Source: a virus
Lineage: Duplodnaviria > Caudoviricetes
Virus record (IMG/VR): IMGVR_UViG_3300020045_005555
Location: 1-34,541 of that record
Reading direction: 5' to 3' (one strand)
DNA: 34,541 bases
A program made the translations under genes and the position numbers. Below the pieces are notes generated by a model. The model was not told where the DNA came from. It did no database searches and worked only from the letters and a program-made list of their open reading frames with translations. Below, piece after piece: positions 17,183 through 26,519 of this stretch. How positions within the stretch are numbered: the stretch's first letter is position 1; each line of letters starts with the position of its first letter.

Positions 17183-17362
17183 ATGAAAACAGGCGATAAA
17201 GTAATTTACATGTTAGAAGGTATAATTGGTTTGACAACAGCCAAACTTGAATTTGTTGGTGTCATCAGTCAATGCACAAAAACACACGCGAGAATTACAA
17301 TCCCTAGTCGTGAAGGCGCGTATATTGTGTTGCCTATTAGCGAGATTAGTTTATGCAATTAG
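17183..17362 (+). CDS. Small SH3/KOW-like hypothetical protein
   Basis: MKTGDKV.....GVI pattern. Confidence 0.55.
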   Translation: MKTGDKVIYMLEGIIGLTTAKLEFVGVISQCTKTHARITIPSREGAYIVLPISEISLCN

Positions 17363-18240
17363 CAACTAAGACGTTAGAAGCAATTGAAGCGGAGTTTGTT
17401 AGAACTCAGGGTGGTAGTTATCGTGAGTTGCTTGGTAAAGTAATTATGTCAAGTCCGGACGCATTTAGACCCCAAGAAAAGTCATCATTTCGCTCACACA
17501 TGGGTTGCTCAATGCTAGGCGAACCTTGTGACAGAAGGCTTTATTATTCGTTCAGATTTGCAAAAGAGCCTAAATTTAATGGTCAGACTCTCAGAATATT
17601 CCAATTTGGTCATATACTTGAGCCAATGCTAATTGCAATGTTGCAGTCAATAGGCTGTCAAGTGACACAGATTGATGAAAATGGCAAACAGATGCGCGTA
17701 TCACATGGTACGTTTATCGGAGGAAGCTCTGATGGAATCGCTACAGGGATTCCTGACTTACCCGATGAAACTGTGCTACTGGAGTTTAAATCAAGTAATT
17801 TAAAGTCGTTTAAGAAGATTCAAGAGAAGGGGGTTAAGATTGAAAAACCACTCCATTACGCCCAAATGTGCCTTTATATGCAGAAGATGGGGTTACGATA
17901 TGGTCTTTATGTTGTGTATTCGAAAGATAATAGCCAACTACACGCCGAGATTATTGAATTCGATGACTATGTAGCCTCGCACTACTTCAGTCGTGCTATG
18001 AGCATTGTGCATGATACTAAGCCATCTAAACGCATAAGCAATAACCCTGACGTATTTGCCTGTAAATTCTGCGATTTCCGTGAGATATGCTTCTTCAATG
18101 AGCAACCTACGACAACGTGCAGAAGTTGTAAATACGCTAATCCTAGCGAAGAAAACGGTTGGGTATGTGAATTACACCACGCCAAACTTAGCATGGAAAG
18201 ACAATTAAACGCTTGTGATAGCTACGAGTGTTGTTTATAA
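17353..18240 (+). CDS. Cas4-like PD-(D/E)XK exonuclease
   Basis: PCDRRLYY, FGHILE, SDGI, LLEFKS, HYAQMCLYM, CKFCDFREIC, extra Cys-rich C-terminus. Confidence 0.88.
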   Translation: MQLATKTLEAIEAEFVRTQGGSYRELLGKVIMSSPDAFRPQEKSSFRSHMGCSMLGEPCDRRLYYSFRFAKEPKFNGQTLRIFQFGHILEPMLIAMLQSIGCQVTQIDENGKQMRVSHGTFIGGSSDGIATGIPDLPDETVLLEFKSSNLKSFKKIQEKGVKIEKPLHYAQMCLYMQKMGLRYGLYVVYSKDNSQLHAEIIEFDDYVASHYFSRAMSIVHDTKPSKRISNNPDVFACKFCDFREICFFNEQPTTTCRSCKYANPSEENGWVCELHHAKLSMERQLNACDSYECCL

Positions 18241-18286
18241 TATGTATCGGGGTTAGAAATAACCCTTTTAAACTTTGGAGAATAAA

Positions 18287-18655
18287 ATGAAGTCTCAACA
18301 GCTAGGTTTAGGTGTGTTTAGATACTTACCAGACATTAGTCCAATAGAGGAAATAAAACGCTGCAAGAAACGGGCTATTGTTATGGGGAACTATCACAAA
18401 TACAATCCTAATTGGGAGAAAATCAAACCTTCTCCGTATATCCATAACACGATAGACTTGATAATTCAACCATCATGGGATCACAAAACCGATGATTACG
18501 CTACAGTATTACGCGCGATTCATTCGATAGCTGTAGTATTAAACGATTACTGTGATAATAATAAAGTTGTAGGTAATACTTTTGCAGAGTATCATTTAGA
18601 ATTATTCTTGTGGTATGTGGATATTGTTTGCGATATATCTAAATTGGAGAATTAA
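18287..18655 (+). CDS. Hypothetical protein
   Basis: TTGGAG RBS. Confidence 0.7.
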   Translation: MKSQQLGLGVFRYLPDISPIEEIKRCKKRAIVMGNYHKYNPNWEKIKPSPYIHNTIDLIIQPSWDHKTDDYATVLRAIHSIAVVLNDYCDNNKVVGNTFAEYHLELFLWYVDIVCDISKLEN

Positions 18656-18910
18656 ATGGCTACAAATAAGCAAATAAAAGCGATTCGCTTTATAGCTAAG
18701 AAGTGGGGTAGTGGGTATGTACGAATGAATAATAATAAATCGCATCGAGAGGCTGTTATTTATAGAGGTATGTTTTCTTCATGTGAATTTCCTTATAACT
18801 TAATGCTTAAAGAGATTCAAGAGTGGTTAGACGAAAACAATGTTTCGTATAGATTTACGCCTGAGTATCACAACGGGATGTTTCAACAATTAACTATTAT
18901 CATTGAATAA
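18656..18910 (+). CDS. Hypothetical protein
   Basis: TTGGAG RBS. Confidence 0.7.
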   Translation: MATNKQIKAIRFIAKKWGSGYVRMNNNKSHREAVIYRGMFSSCEFPYNLMLKEIQEWLDENNVSYRFTPEYHNGMFQQLTIIIE

Positions 18911-18913
18911 CTT

Positions 18914-19072
18914 ATGAATAACTGCAAAATCCTATCGGCAAACAGCAAAGCTGATATTGAGCGTAAAATTAACGATTTGCTAAAAGAAGGGTACATATTA
19001 GCAAATATTGAAACTCTTATGACACCGACTTATACATTCGTCGCAACTGTGACTAAAACTACTGAGAATTGA
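18914..19072 (+). CDS. Small hypothetical protein (52 aa)
   Basis: Translated by hand; IERKINDLLKEGY. Confidence 0.55.
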   Translation: MNNCKILSANSKADIERKINDLLKEGYILANIETLMTPTYTFVATVTKTTEN

Positions 19073-19075
19073 AAG

Positions 19076-19240
19076 ATGGCAACATTATTATTAATATTAT
19101 CTTTTCACATGGCTAGTACATCGCAAACATTACACTTCACATCAATGAAACAATGCGAAGAAGCTAAAGTTGCTATGACGGAATCAGTTATGAAGCTGAA
19201 AAATCTTGAGAGCTTTCATATCGGGTGTTATGCTGAGTAG
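19076..19240 (+). CDS. Small exported/membrane hypothetical protein (54 aa)
   Basis: Hydrophobic N-terminus, FTSMKQCEEA...C. Confidence 0.6.
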   Translation: MATLLLILSFHMASTSQTLHFTSMKQCEEAKVAMTESVMKLKNLESFHIGCYAE

Positions 19241-19282
19241 GTATTAGAGAAAGACTCTCGTTGATGTAACCTTCACAAATTC

Positions 19283-19317
19283 AAACCTACCTTTTTAATC
19301 GGAGGTAGGTTTTCTTT
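19283..19317 (+). terminator. Rho-independent terminator
   Basis: AAACCTACCT...AGGTAGGTTT followed by TCTTT. Confidence 0.7.
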
Positions 19318-19340
19318 AGTTTTAAATAATTAAAATTCCT

Positions 19341-22076
19341 ATGAAAACACCACGTCCTTACCAACGCGAAGCTGTTAATGCTGTTTATGAATACTATCGC
19401 AATAAAAATACTGGAAACCCTTTAATAGCACTTCCTACGGGTTGTCACGCTAAGGATTCTGGAATAATGATGTACGATGGCTCTATTAAAAAAGTACACG
19501 AAGTCATCGTCGGTGACAAACTGATGGGTGACGATTCCACTCCCAGAACCGTGTTAAATTTAGCTAGAGGAAGCCAAGAAATGGTGAAAGTAATACCCCA
19601 TAAAGGTAACGATACGTTTGTTGTAAATACCGACCACATTTTAAGTTTGAAAACAACTAAATTTGACAATTATGAAAAAGGAACCGTTGTCAATTTATCG
19701 TTTAGCGACTTTAATAAAAAAGCTAATAATTTTAAAGATAGAGTTAAATTATATAAGCCTGAGATGGTAAATTTTCCAAATATAACTGAACCAACAATTG
19801 ATTCATGGGTCGCTGGCTTAATGTTAGGTGATGGGTCGATGACTTGCACACCCATATTAACTTCAATGGACGGTTGTATTGTTGATAAATTTACTAATTA
19901 TGTTACATCGCTCGGCTGCACACTTTTAGTTAGGTCGAAAGAAGGAAACAATGCTAAATTTTATCATGTGCAAGGCACTGGGGACGGGAAATACAATTCA
20001 AATCAATTCACAAAATTACTACGAGATAACGACTTGTGGGGAAATATCCATCGAGATAAATATGTACCAGATGTATTTAAATATGGGTCTATCGAAACTA
20101 GATTGACAGTATTGTCCGGATTACTTGATTCTGATGGACATTTAGATGTTAGAGGTACTGAATTTGACTTTATAAGTGTATCTAAGCAACTATCTGAAGA
20201 TGTTACGTTTATAGCTAGAAGTCTTGGTTTGTGGGCTTCAATTAGTGAATGTCAAAAAGGATGTCAGAATGATTTTATAGGTACTTATTGGCGAGTTAAT
20301 ATCTCTGGTGACGTAATTAAAATGCCTGTTGTTAAAAATAAACATTTTTTGAAAGAAAGAAAGATAAATAAAAACCCGTTAGTTACTGGTTTTTCGTATG
20401 AATTATTAGCTGATGATGATTTTTATGGATTTGAGTTAGACGGCAATCATCTGTATTTAGACGAATTCTTTTTCATCCATCACAACACTGGTAAAGCATA
20501 CGTCATATCAACCTTGCTAAACGAAATCTACCATAAGAATCCTAATATCAGAATAACCATGCTGGTTGATTCACAAGAGTTAGTTGAACAAAACTATCTT
20601 GAAGCGCAAGAGCTAAACGCTGAGTTACCAATGTCGATTTTTTGCTCAGGGTTAAACCAATTGGTTATTTCACAGATAACATTTGCTTCAATACAAACAG
20701 CATCTAAAAAAGCACATTTATTCGGTCATATAGACTTAGTTATCATTGATGAAGTGCAATCATGCGATGACAAAGAAAACTCGCAATACAGGCGATTTCT
20801 TGATGATTTATCACAGGTAAATCCTAATCTTAGAGTTGTTGGCTTATCAGCAACATTATGGCGACAAAATTGTGGATGGCTCACTAACGGAGATATTTTC
20901 ACAGATGTAATATATGACAGAACCATGAAAGACAAATTTCTTTATTTCATAGATGAAGGTTATCTTGTTGATATTGTTTCTCGTGATACACTGACTAAAT
21001 TTGATTTGTCGAATGTTAAAATTACAGCAGGTGAGTTTAATAAAAAACAACTTATCGAAGCAACTAATCAAGAAGAAATCATCCAAGCAGCTTTGATTGA
21101 AGCTGTGCCATATATTCATAGTAGAAATTCAGTAATCGTGTTTTGTACTGGCGTAGATACCTGTGAAAACGTCGCTTCAATGTTAGAGTCTGATTTTGGT
21201 ATATCTTCGCTTGCAATTCACAGTAAGTTATCCGATAAGGAACGCAAGCATAGATTAGCGTTGTTTAAATCGGGCGAAGTTAAATGTGTGATAAACGATA
21301 ATATCCTAACAAAAGGTTTTAATCACAAACCGTTAGATATGATGATTGATTTATCTCCCACTGCCTCATCGGGTAGATTTGTGCAACGATGCGGTAGATT
21401 GACACGACCTATGTATAATGAAGGGTTTGATTTAGAAACATCGGAAGGTAGATTGGCTGCTATAAAATCAAGCAAAAAGCCAAATGCGTTGTTATTAGAT
21501 TTTGCTGGAAATAGCTTCCGGTGTGGAAAGATTAACGACCCCAATGTACCAAAGAAAAAAGGCGAAGGAGGTAATTCCGAACCGCCAATGAAGGTGTGTC
21601 CACAATGCCTTACAATTCATCACACAAGCGTCAGAGTATGCAACACATTCAACGACATCACAAACAAGCTATGTGACTTCAAGTTTGAATTTAACAGCAA
21701 ACTTGAATCAACTGCGTCTACTGCGGACATTATTGCTCGTCCCCAAGACCCACTCTACCAAGACTTTGAAGTACGAGAAATTAAGTATTCACTAAAAAAG
21801 TCAAAGAAAGATAAAATCCCAATGTTGCGAGTTACCTATATGTGCGGATTCAGTAAATTCGACGAATACATCTGTTTAGAGCATACTGGCTTTGCATACA
21901 CAAATGCGCGTAAGTGGTGGCGTAATCGGACAGATGTTGAGCCACCTGCTACAGTTAACGAAGGGTTGCTATTAGTAGATAGTTTAACGATACCTACTGT
22001 GATAAATGTATTAGTTAATCAGAAATATCCTAAAATCATGAGTTATTTATTTGACAATGTAGAAGATGAAGTATAG
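19341..22076 (+). CDS. Superfamily 2 DNA helicase (RadD/YejH-like) containing an intein
   Basis: PRPYQ, LPTG/TGK Walker A split by intein, IIDEVQ, GLSAT, LTKGFN, QRCGR, LDFAGN, C-terminal CPQC zinc finger. Confidence 0.93.
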   Translation: MKTPRPYQREAVNAVYEYYRNKNTGNPLIALPTGCHAKDSGIMMYDGSIKKVHEVIVGDKLMGDDSTPRTVLNLARGSQEMVKVIPHKGNDTFVVNTDHILSLKTTKFDNYEKGTVVNLSFSDFNKKANNFKDRVKLYKPEMVNFPNITEPTIDSWVAGLMLGDGSMTCTPILTSMDGCIVDKFTNYVTSLGCTLLVRSKEGNNAKFYHVQGTGDGKYNSNQFTKLLRDNDLWGNIHRDKYVPDVFKYGSIETRLTVLSGLLDSDGHLDVRGTEFDFISVSKQLSEDVTFIARSLGLWASISECQKGCQNDFIGTYWRVNISGDVIKMPVVKNKHFLKERKINKNPLVTGFSYELLADDDFYGFELDGNHLYLDEFFFIHHNTGKAYVISTLLNEIYHKNPNIRITMLVDSQELVEQNYLEAQELNAELPMSIFCSGLNQLVISQITFASIQTASKKAHLFGHIDLVIIDEVQSCDDKENSQYRRFLDDLSQVNPNLRVVGLSATLWRQNCGWLTNGDIFTDVIYDRTMKDKFLYFIDEGYLVDIVSRDTLTKFDLSNVKITAGEFNKKQLIEATNQEEIIQAALIEAVPYIHSRNSVIVFCTGVDTCENVASMLESDFGISSLAIHSKLSDKERKHRLALFKSGEVKCVINDNILTKGFNHKPLDMMIDLSPTASSGRFVQRCGRLTRPMYNEGFDLETSEGRLAAIKSSKKPNALLLDFAGNSFRCGKINDPNVPKKKGEGGNSEPPMKVCPQCLTIHHTSVRVCNTFNDITNKLCDFKFEFNSKLESTASTADIIARPQDPLYQDFEVREIKYSLKKSKKDKIPMLRVTYMCGFSKFDEYICLEHTGFAYTNARKWWRNRTDVEPPATVNEGLLLVDSLTIPTVINVLVNQKYPKIMSYLFDNVEDEV
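19443..20486 (+). mobile_element. Intein (348 aa) with LAGLIDADG homing endonuclease
   Basis: Starts CHAKDS, block B NTDHIL, GLMLGDGS and LSGLLDSDG motifs, ends IHHN with +1 Thr. Confidence 0.95.
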
Positions 22077-22104
22077 AATTTGGTTTTTAACTTGGAGAAA
22101 ACTA

Positions 22105-22926
22105 ATGCGAAACTATCTAAACCTAATGCAAAAAATCCTTGATGAAGGTGTACCTTCTGAAGACCGTACTGGTGTAAATACAATGTCTATCTTTGGCGCG
22201 ATGTTGGAATTTGATTTAAAAAAAGGATTCCCGATGCTTACCACAAAAGCATTAAATTTCAAGAATATTGCTACTGAATTACTGTGGTTTATTTCAGGTA
22301 ATGAGTCTACTGCGTATTTGGATGAAATGAATAATACAATATGGCGGGAATGGTGCGCCAATGGGAAGTTGCGTGAAGGGTACGGTAAACAATGGCGGGA
22401 TTTTACTTGCGGTAGAATGCACGATTACCCTTCGGATGATGAAGGTATCGACCAACTAGCAAACGTCATCCAAGAAATTAAAACCAACCCTAATTCGCGC
22501 AGACTATTAGTTTCAGCTTGGAATCCGCTCACGGTTGATGAAGCCACCTTGCCACCATGCCATGTGATGTTTCAGTTTTATGTACGAAATGGGGAATTGT
22601 CATGTGGCTTCGCCATGCGTAGCTCAGACGCATTTTTGGGGCTAAGCTATAACATCGCAAGCTACGCACTATTAACCCACCTAGTAGCCCATGTAACAGG
22701 TTTAAAAGTTGGTAAATTAGTTTATCATTGTATCGGTGATTGTCATTTATATACAAATCACATTGAACAGGCTAAGTTGCAATTAACTCGCGATGCTAGT
22801 TTATACCAATTACCACAATTGAAGATTTACGGCGAGTTTAAATCTATTAACGACTTCAAATGGGGTGATTTTGGATTAGAAGGTTATGAATCGTATCCGC
22901 ATATTAAGGCTGAGGTTGCTGTATGA
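22105..22926 (+). CDS. thyA: Thymidylate synthase
   Basis: DRTG, FPMLTTK, ELLWFISG, YGKQWR, SRRLLVSAWNP, LPPCH, RSSD.FLG..YN, GDCHLY.NH. Confidence 0.97.
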   Translation: MRNYLNLMQKILDEGVPSEDRTGVNTMSIFGAMLEFDLKKGFPMLTTKALNFKNIATELLWFISGNESTAYLDEMNNTIWREWCANGKLREGYGKQWRDFTCGRMHDYPSDDEGIDQLANVIQEIKTNPNSRRLLVSAWNPLTVDEATLPPCHVMFQFYVRNGELSCGFAMRSSDAFLGLSYNIASYALLTHLVAHVTGLKVGKLVYHCIGDCHLYTNHIEQAKLQLTRDASLYQLPQLKIYGEFKSINDFKWGDFGLEGYESYPHIKAEVAV

Positions 22927-23007
22927 TTGAAATAGGTGAAAACTTGAAATCAATTATCGAGACTGGTTTATGGCTTATATTTCTTATTTTAATTTTAGGT
23001 AATTAAC

Positions 23008-23487
23008 ATGACAATCACAATCATAGCCGCAATGACCCCTACGCGAGTTATTGCTGATAGCGGTACAAACGGTATGCTTTGGCATAATCGTGAAGAATTG
23101 AAGCATTTTCGCCAGCAAACACTAGGTAAAACTTGTATTGTCGGTCGTAAGACTGCGGAGCAGATGCCTGTTTTGGATGGTAGAGATGTGTTAGTTATAT
23201 CAAGTAAGATTAACTACAAACATAGCAAATATAACCTACTGTTGTTATCTGAATCGGTATTACGAGATTCTAACGAAGAGTTTATGGTAATCGGTGGTGC
23301 AGAAATCTACAAGCTATTCATGCCTTACGCCGATAAAATTATTATTAGTGTTGTTGACATTGATGCAAAAGGCGATATATTATTCCCTGAGCTTGATGAT
23401 ACTTGGATTCAGGAGAGTGTCGATAGCTCGAATGCTGATAGCGGGTTTTTAGTTCACACTTATGTTAAAATTTTGTTTGACAGTTAG
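23008..23487 (+). CDS. folA: Dihydrofolate reductase
   Basis: IIAA...RVI, LKHF...T, VGRKT, L.GR..LVIS, VIGGAEIY, GDILFP; follows thyA. Confidence 0.93.
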   Translation: MTITIIAAMTPTRVIADSGTNGMLWHNREELKHFRQQTLGKTCIVGRKTAEQMPVLDGRDVLVISSKINYKHSKYNLLLLSESVLRDSNEEFMVIGGAEIYKLFMPYADKIIISVVDIDAKGDILFPELDDTWIQESVDSSNADSGFLVHTYVKILFDS

Positions 23488-23505
23488 CAGTTAATCATTT
23501 ATCAT
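23477..23505 (+). promoter_or_regulatory. sigma70-type promoter
   Basis: TTGACA-17 nt-TATCAT. Confidence 0.7.
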
Positions 23506-23562
23506 TTACCCAGTCGTTAAATTCTACCAGCCTGACTAGCTGGATTTACTTGGAGAAGCTCG

Positions 23563-23829
23563 ATGAATAGAAAACAGGTATTGAAAATCAGAAATAAGTT
23601 ATCTGAGTTATCTGATGAGGAAGTATTGGATTTTTGTAATTCCTATACTATTTTTGAAATTAAAAATGAAATTATTGAAAATTTAGTGAAATCATCAAAT
23701 GAAATTATTGCTGATATTAAACTAGGTATCAAATACATTGTTGAAAATAGAATGGCTATTGAAGAAGCTACTGCGAAAGAATTATTAACTTATGATGACA
23801 CTAACGACCAACTTGGAGATGTGAGATGA
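23563..23829 (+). CDS. Helical hypothetical protein (paralogue 1)
   Basis: CTTGGAG RBS. Confidence 0.7.
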   Translation: MNRKQVLKIRNKLSELSDEEVLDFCNSYTIFEIKNEIIENLVKSSNEIIADIKLGIKYIVENRMAIEEATAKELLTYDDTNDQLGDVR

Positions 23830-24035
23830 AATACGACGAAATGCGCCACGAATTAGCTAGAAATTTATTCACGCTTGACGATATTGACAAATTCTGTTTG
23901 TTGCATTTGAAAGAGATGATTCCTAGGGTGTATAAAGAAGAATTGGCTAAGGTTATTACTGATTGTAAATCTAGCTTGAATTATGATTTAGATACACTGT
24001 TAGCAAGTATTACTGAAACTGGAGACGTAAAATGA
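23826..24035 (+). CDS. Helical hypothetical protein (paralogue 2)
   Basis: CTTGGAG RBS, ATGA overlap. Confidence 0.7.
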   Translation: MKYDEMRHELARNLFTLDDIDKFCLLHLKEMIPRVYKEELAKVITDCKSSLNYDLDTLLASITETGDVK

Positions 24036-24244
24036 CACAGCAAGAATATCAACAAGGTCGAGATACTTTAATTGACACCCTTAATTGGTCAGAAGATTCA
24101 ATTTTAGATTTTGCAGGAGAGGTTTTGCGGAAGACTATTTTAGAAACGAGTTGTACTGAATTAGTAGACGCTATTGCAAAAGTAAGAGTTGATTTTAATG
24201 CAACAATTGACGAGATTATTAACGAAGTGGAAGGGGTTAAGTGA
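24032..24244 (+). CDS. Helical hypothetical protein (paralogue 3)
   Basis: CTGGAG RBS, ATGA overlap. Confidence 0.7.
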   Translation: MTQQEYQQGRDTLIDTLNWSEDSILDFAGEVLRKTILETSCTELVDAIAKVRVDFNATIDEIINEVEGVK

Positions 24245-26460
24245 TGCAAGTAGTGAAACGCGATGGTACGTTGGAAGGTTTAGATGTAAATAAAGTCCAC
24301 AAGTGTATTTCTTGGGCTTGCGAGGGCTTAGAAAATGTTTCTGTAGCAGATGTCGAAACAAACGCCCATGTGCAATTCTTTGATGGTATTACGACAGAAC
24401 AGATTCACAGTAGAATGATTCAATCTGCTGCTGAGTTGATCTCTATAGAATCTCCGGACTATGAGTATGTGGCTGCTAGATTGTTGTTACAGCAGATTGT
24501 GAAGGAGTGTGGGCAAGATTTGCGATTTGGAGATTACATACAAGCCGCTGTCTTGTGCGGAAAAGTGTCAAATGACTTAGTTGACCATTACGACTACTCA
24601 CAATTAAACTCAGCAATCGACAATTCACGCAACCTAAAATTCAAATATCTAGGGCTACAAACGATTTACGATAGGTACCTTATTCGTGATAATGACAATA
24701 AAGTAATTGAATCACCACAGCATTTCTTTATGCGAGTGGCTTGCGGAATCTGCCTAAATGAACCTAAGGCTATCGCTACAGAAAAGGTAATTGAGTTATA
24801 CGAATTGTTTTCTAATTTTGAGTATTTACATTCAACACCTACATTGTTTAACTCTGGTACATTACATCCACAAATGTCGTCGTGTTTCCTTTTAACTGTG
24901 GACGATTCTACAATTGACCACGACACCGAATCAGAATTTGGTAAAGGTATCATGGCATTGATGGCTGAGGCTGCAGTATTATCAAAGTATGCTGGTGGTA
25001 TCGGCACAGACTTTACACGAATTAGACCTGTTGGCAGTTTGATTAAAGGTACTAATGGTGTTTCAAGTGGTGTAGTACCCGCATTAAAAATTTACAATGA
25101 CACTGCGTTATTTTTTAACCAGGGAGGGAAAAGACCGGGAAGTTTCGCATCATATCTTGAACCATGGCACGGTGACATCGAGGCTTATGTTGATATTAAA
25201 AAACCAACTGGTGACGCTAGATTGCGCGCGATGGACATTTTCCCATATTTGTGGATGAATGATTTATTCTTAGAGCGAGTTAAATCTAAAGCAATGTGGT
25301 CATTATTTGATGTATCTAAATTCCCTGAATTACATGACTTATATGGCGTTGCGTTTAAAGCTAGATATGAAGAATTAGAATCTCAAGGGCTTTACATTAG
25401 AAAGATTAGTGCGATGGATTTATGGGTAAAATCTGTAACATCATTGGTTGAAACAGGCGCACCGATGATTGCATTTAAGGATGAAGCCAATAGACGCAAT
25501 CCTCAACGTCATGTTGGGACGATTAAGTCGAGTAATCTTTGTAGTGAGATATTTGAAGTCACCTCAGACGAAGAAACAGCAGTTTGCAACTTATCATCTT
25601 TAAACTTAGCCAGATTGGAATTCGATGATATTAAGCGTGTGGTGCCGATTGCAATTAGAGCTTTGGATAATGTAATCGATTCCAATTTCTACCCAAGCGA
25701 TAAATCAAAAGTATCAAATTTAAGACATCGACCTATCGGTCTAGGTGTTATGGGTTGGGCTGAGTATCTAATCAAGCATGACATCGACTTTGAATCACAA
25801 CACCATCTCGATGAATGTGATAGAGTATGGTCTGAAATTAGCTATTGGGCTATTCACACCTCATGTGAATTATCAAAAGAAAAAGGTAGGTATTCGACAT
25901 TTGAAGGGTCGGATTGGTCAAAAGGTATTTTACCTTATATGACACATAAAGATTATGATAATGACACCCCTAAATGGATTCAATTGAGTAAAGATGTTAT
26001 GCAATATGGTGTTAGAAACAGCCTAATGTTAGCACTTGCTCCAACGGCAAGTATCAGTTGTATTCTTGGTACAACACCGTCGATTGAAGTTGCATATAAG
26101 TTAGCATACCTTAAAGATAACTTATCAGGTAAATTCATGGTAATTGACCCTACGCTACGATATAACAAACCCGCTATCACTAAGACAGCGTTTGAAATTG
26201 ACCAAGTATGGGCGATTAAAGCTGCTGCGGTAAGACAGAAATGGATTGACCAAGGGCAGTCTCTTAATCTGTATAAAGCTATCGGAACTCGTGGTAGTAC
26301 GATTAGCAACTGGTTTATGTTAGCTAATGAATTAGGCTTAAAATCAACTTACTACTTGAAAAACCAAGATGAATCTGTTAAAGTTGATGCTATGGTGGAT
26401 ATTACGGAAGAAGTTAAATTCTGTTCAATTGAAAACAGTGAATGTGAAAGCTGCCAATAG
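24244..26460 (+). CDS. nrdA: Class I ribonucleotide reductase alpha subunit
   Basis: ATP cone VVKRDG, STPTLFNSG, SSCF, SNLCSEI, VCNL, APTASIS, KSTYY, C-terminal CESCQ. Confidence 0.97.
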   Translation: MQVVKRDGTLEGLDVNKVHKCISWACEGLENVSVADVETNAHVQFFDGITTEQIHSRMIQSAAELISIESPDYEYVAARLLLQQIVKECGQDLRFGDYIQAAVLCGKVSNDLVDHYDYSQLNSAIDNSRNLKFKYLGLQTIYDRYLIRDNDNKVIESPQHFFMRVACGICLNEPKAIATEKVIELYELFSNFEYLHSTPTLFNSGTLHPQMSSCFLLTVDDSTIDHDTESEFGKGIMALMAEAAVLSKYAGGIGTDFTRIRPVGSLIKGTNGVSSGVVPALKIYNDTALFFNQGGKRPGSFASYLEPWHGDIEAYVDIKKPTGDARLRAMDIFPYLWMNDLFLERVKSKAMWSLFDVSKFPELHDLYGVAFKARYEELESQGLYIRKISAMDLWVKSVTSLVETGAPMIAFKDEANRRNPQRHVGTIKSSNLCSEIFEVTSDEETAVCNLSSLNLARLEFDDIKRVVPIAIRALDNVIDSNFYPSDKSKVSNLRHRPIGLGVMGWAEYLIKHDIDFESQHHLDECDRVWSEISYWAIHTSCELSKEKGRYSTFEGSDWSKGILPYMTHKDYDNDTPKWIQLSKDVMQYGVRNSLMLALAPTASISCILGTTPSIEVAYKLAYLKDNLSGKFMVIDPTLRYNKPAITKTAFEIDQVWAIKAAAVRQKWIDQGQSLNLYKAIGTRGSTISNWFMLANELGLKSTYYLKNQDESVKVDAMVDITEEVKFCSIENSECESCQ

Positions 26461-26470
26461 GTAATCTAAC

Positions 26471-26502
26471 GAAGGGTCGGTTAAATGACCCTTCATTCTT
26501 TA
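26471..26502 (+). terminator. Hairpin between nrdA and nrdB (terminator or stabiliser)
   Basis: GAAGGGTC-GGTTAAAT-GACCCTTC. Confidence 0.5.
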
Positions 26503-26519
26503 AAACTTAGGATGTAATC

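Noticed and set aside
17353-18240. CRISPR-Cas locus suggested by the Cas4-like nuclease
   Set aside because: No repeat-spacer array or other cas genes; solo Cas4-like nucleases are common in phage replication modules
22105-22926. dCMP/dUMP hydroxymethylase indicating modified DNA
   Set aside because: Retains the canonical ThyA motifs including the dUMP-specifying Asn (LGLSYNIASY) and is paired with DHFR
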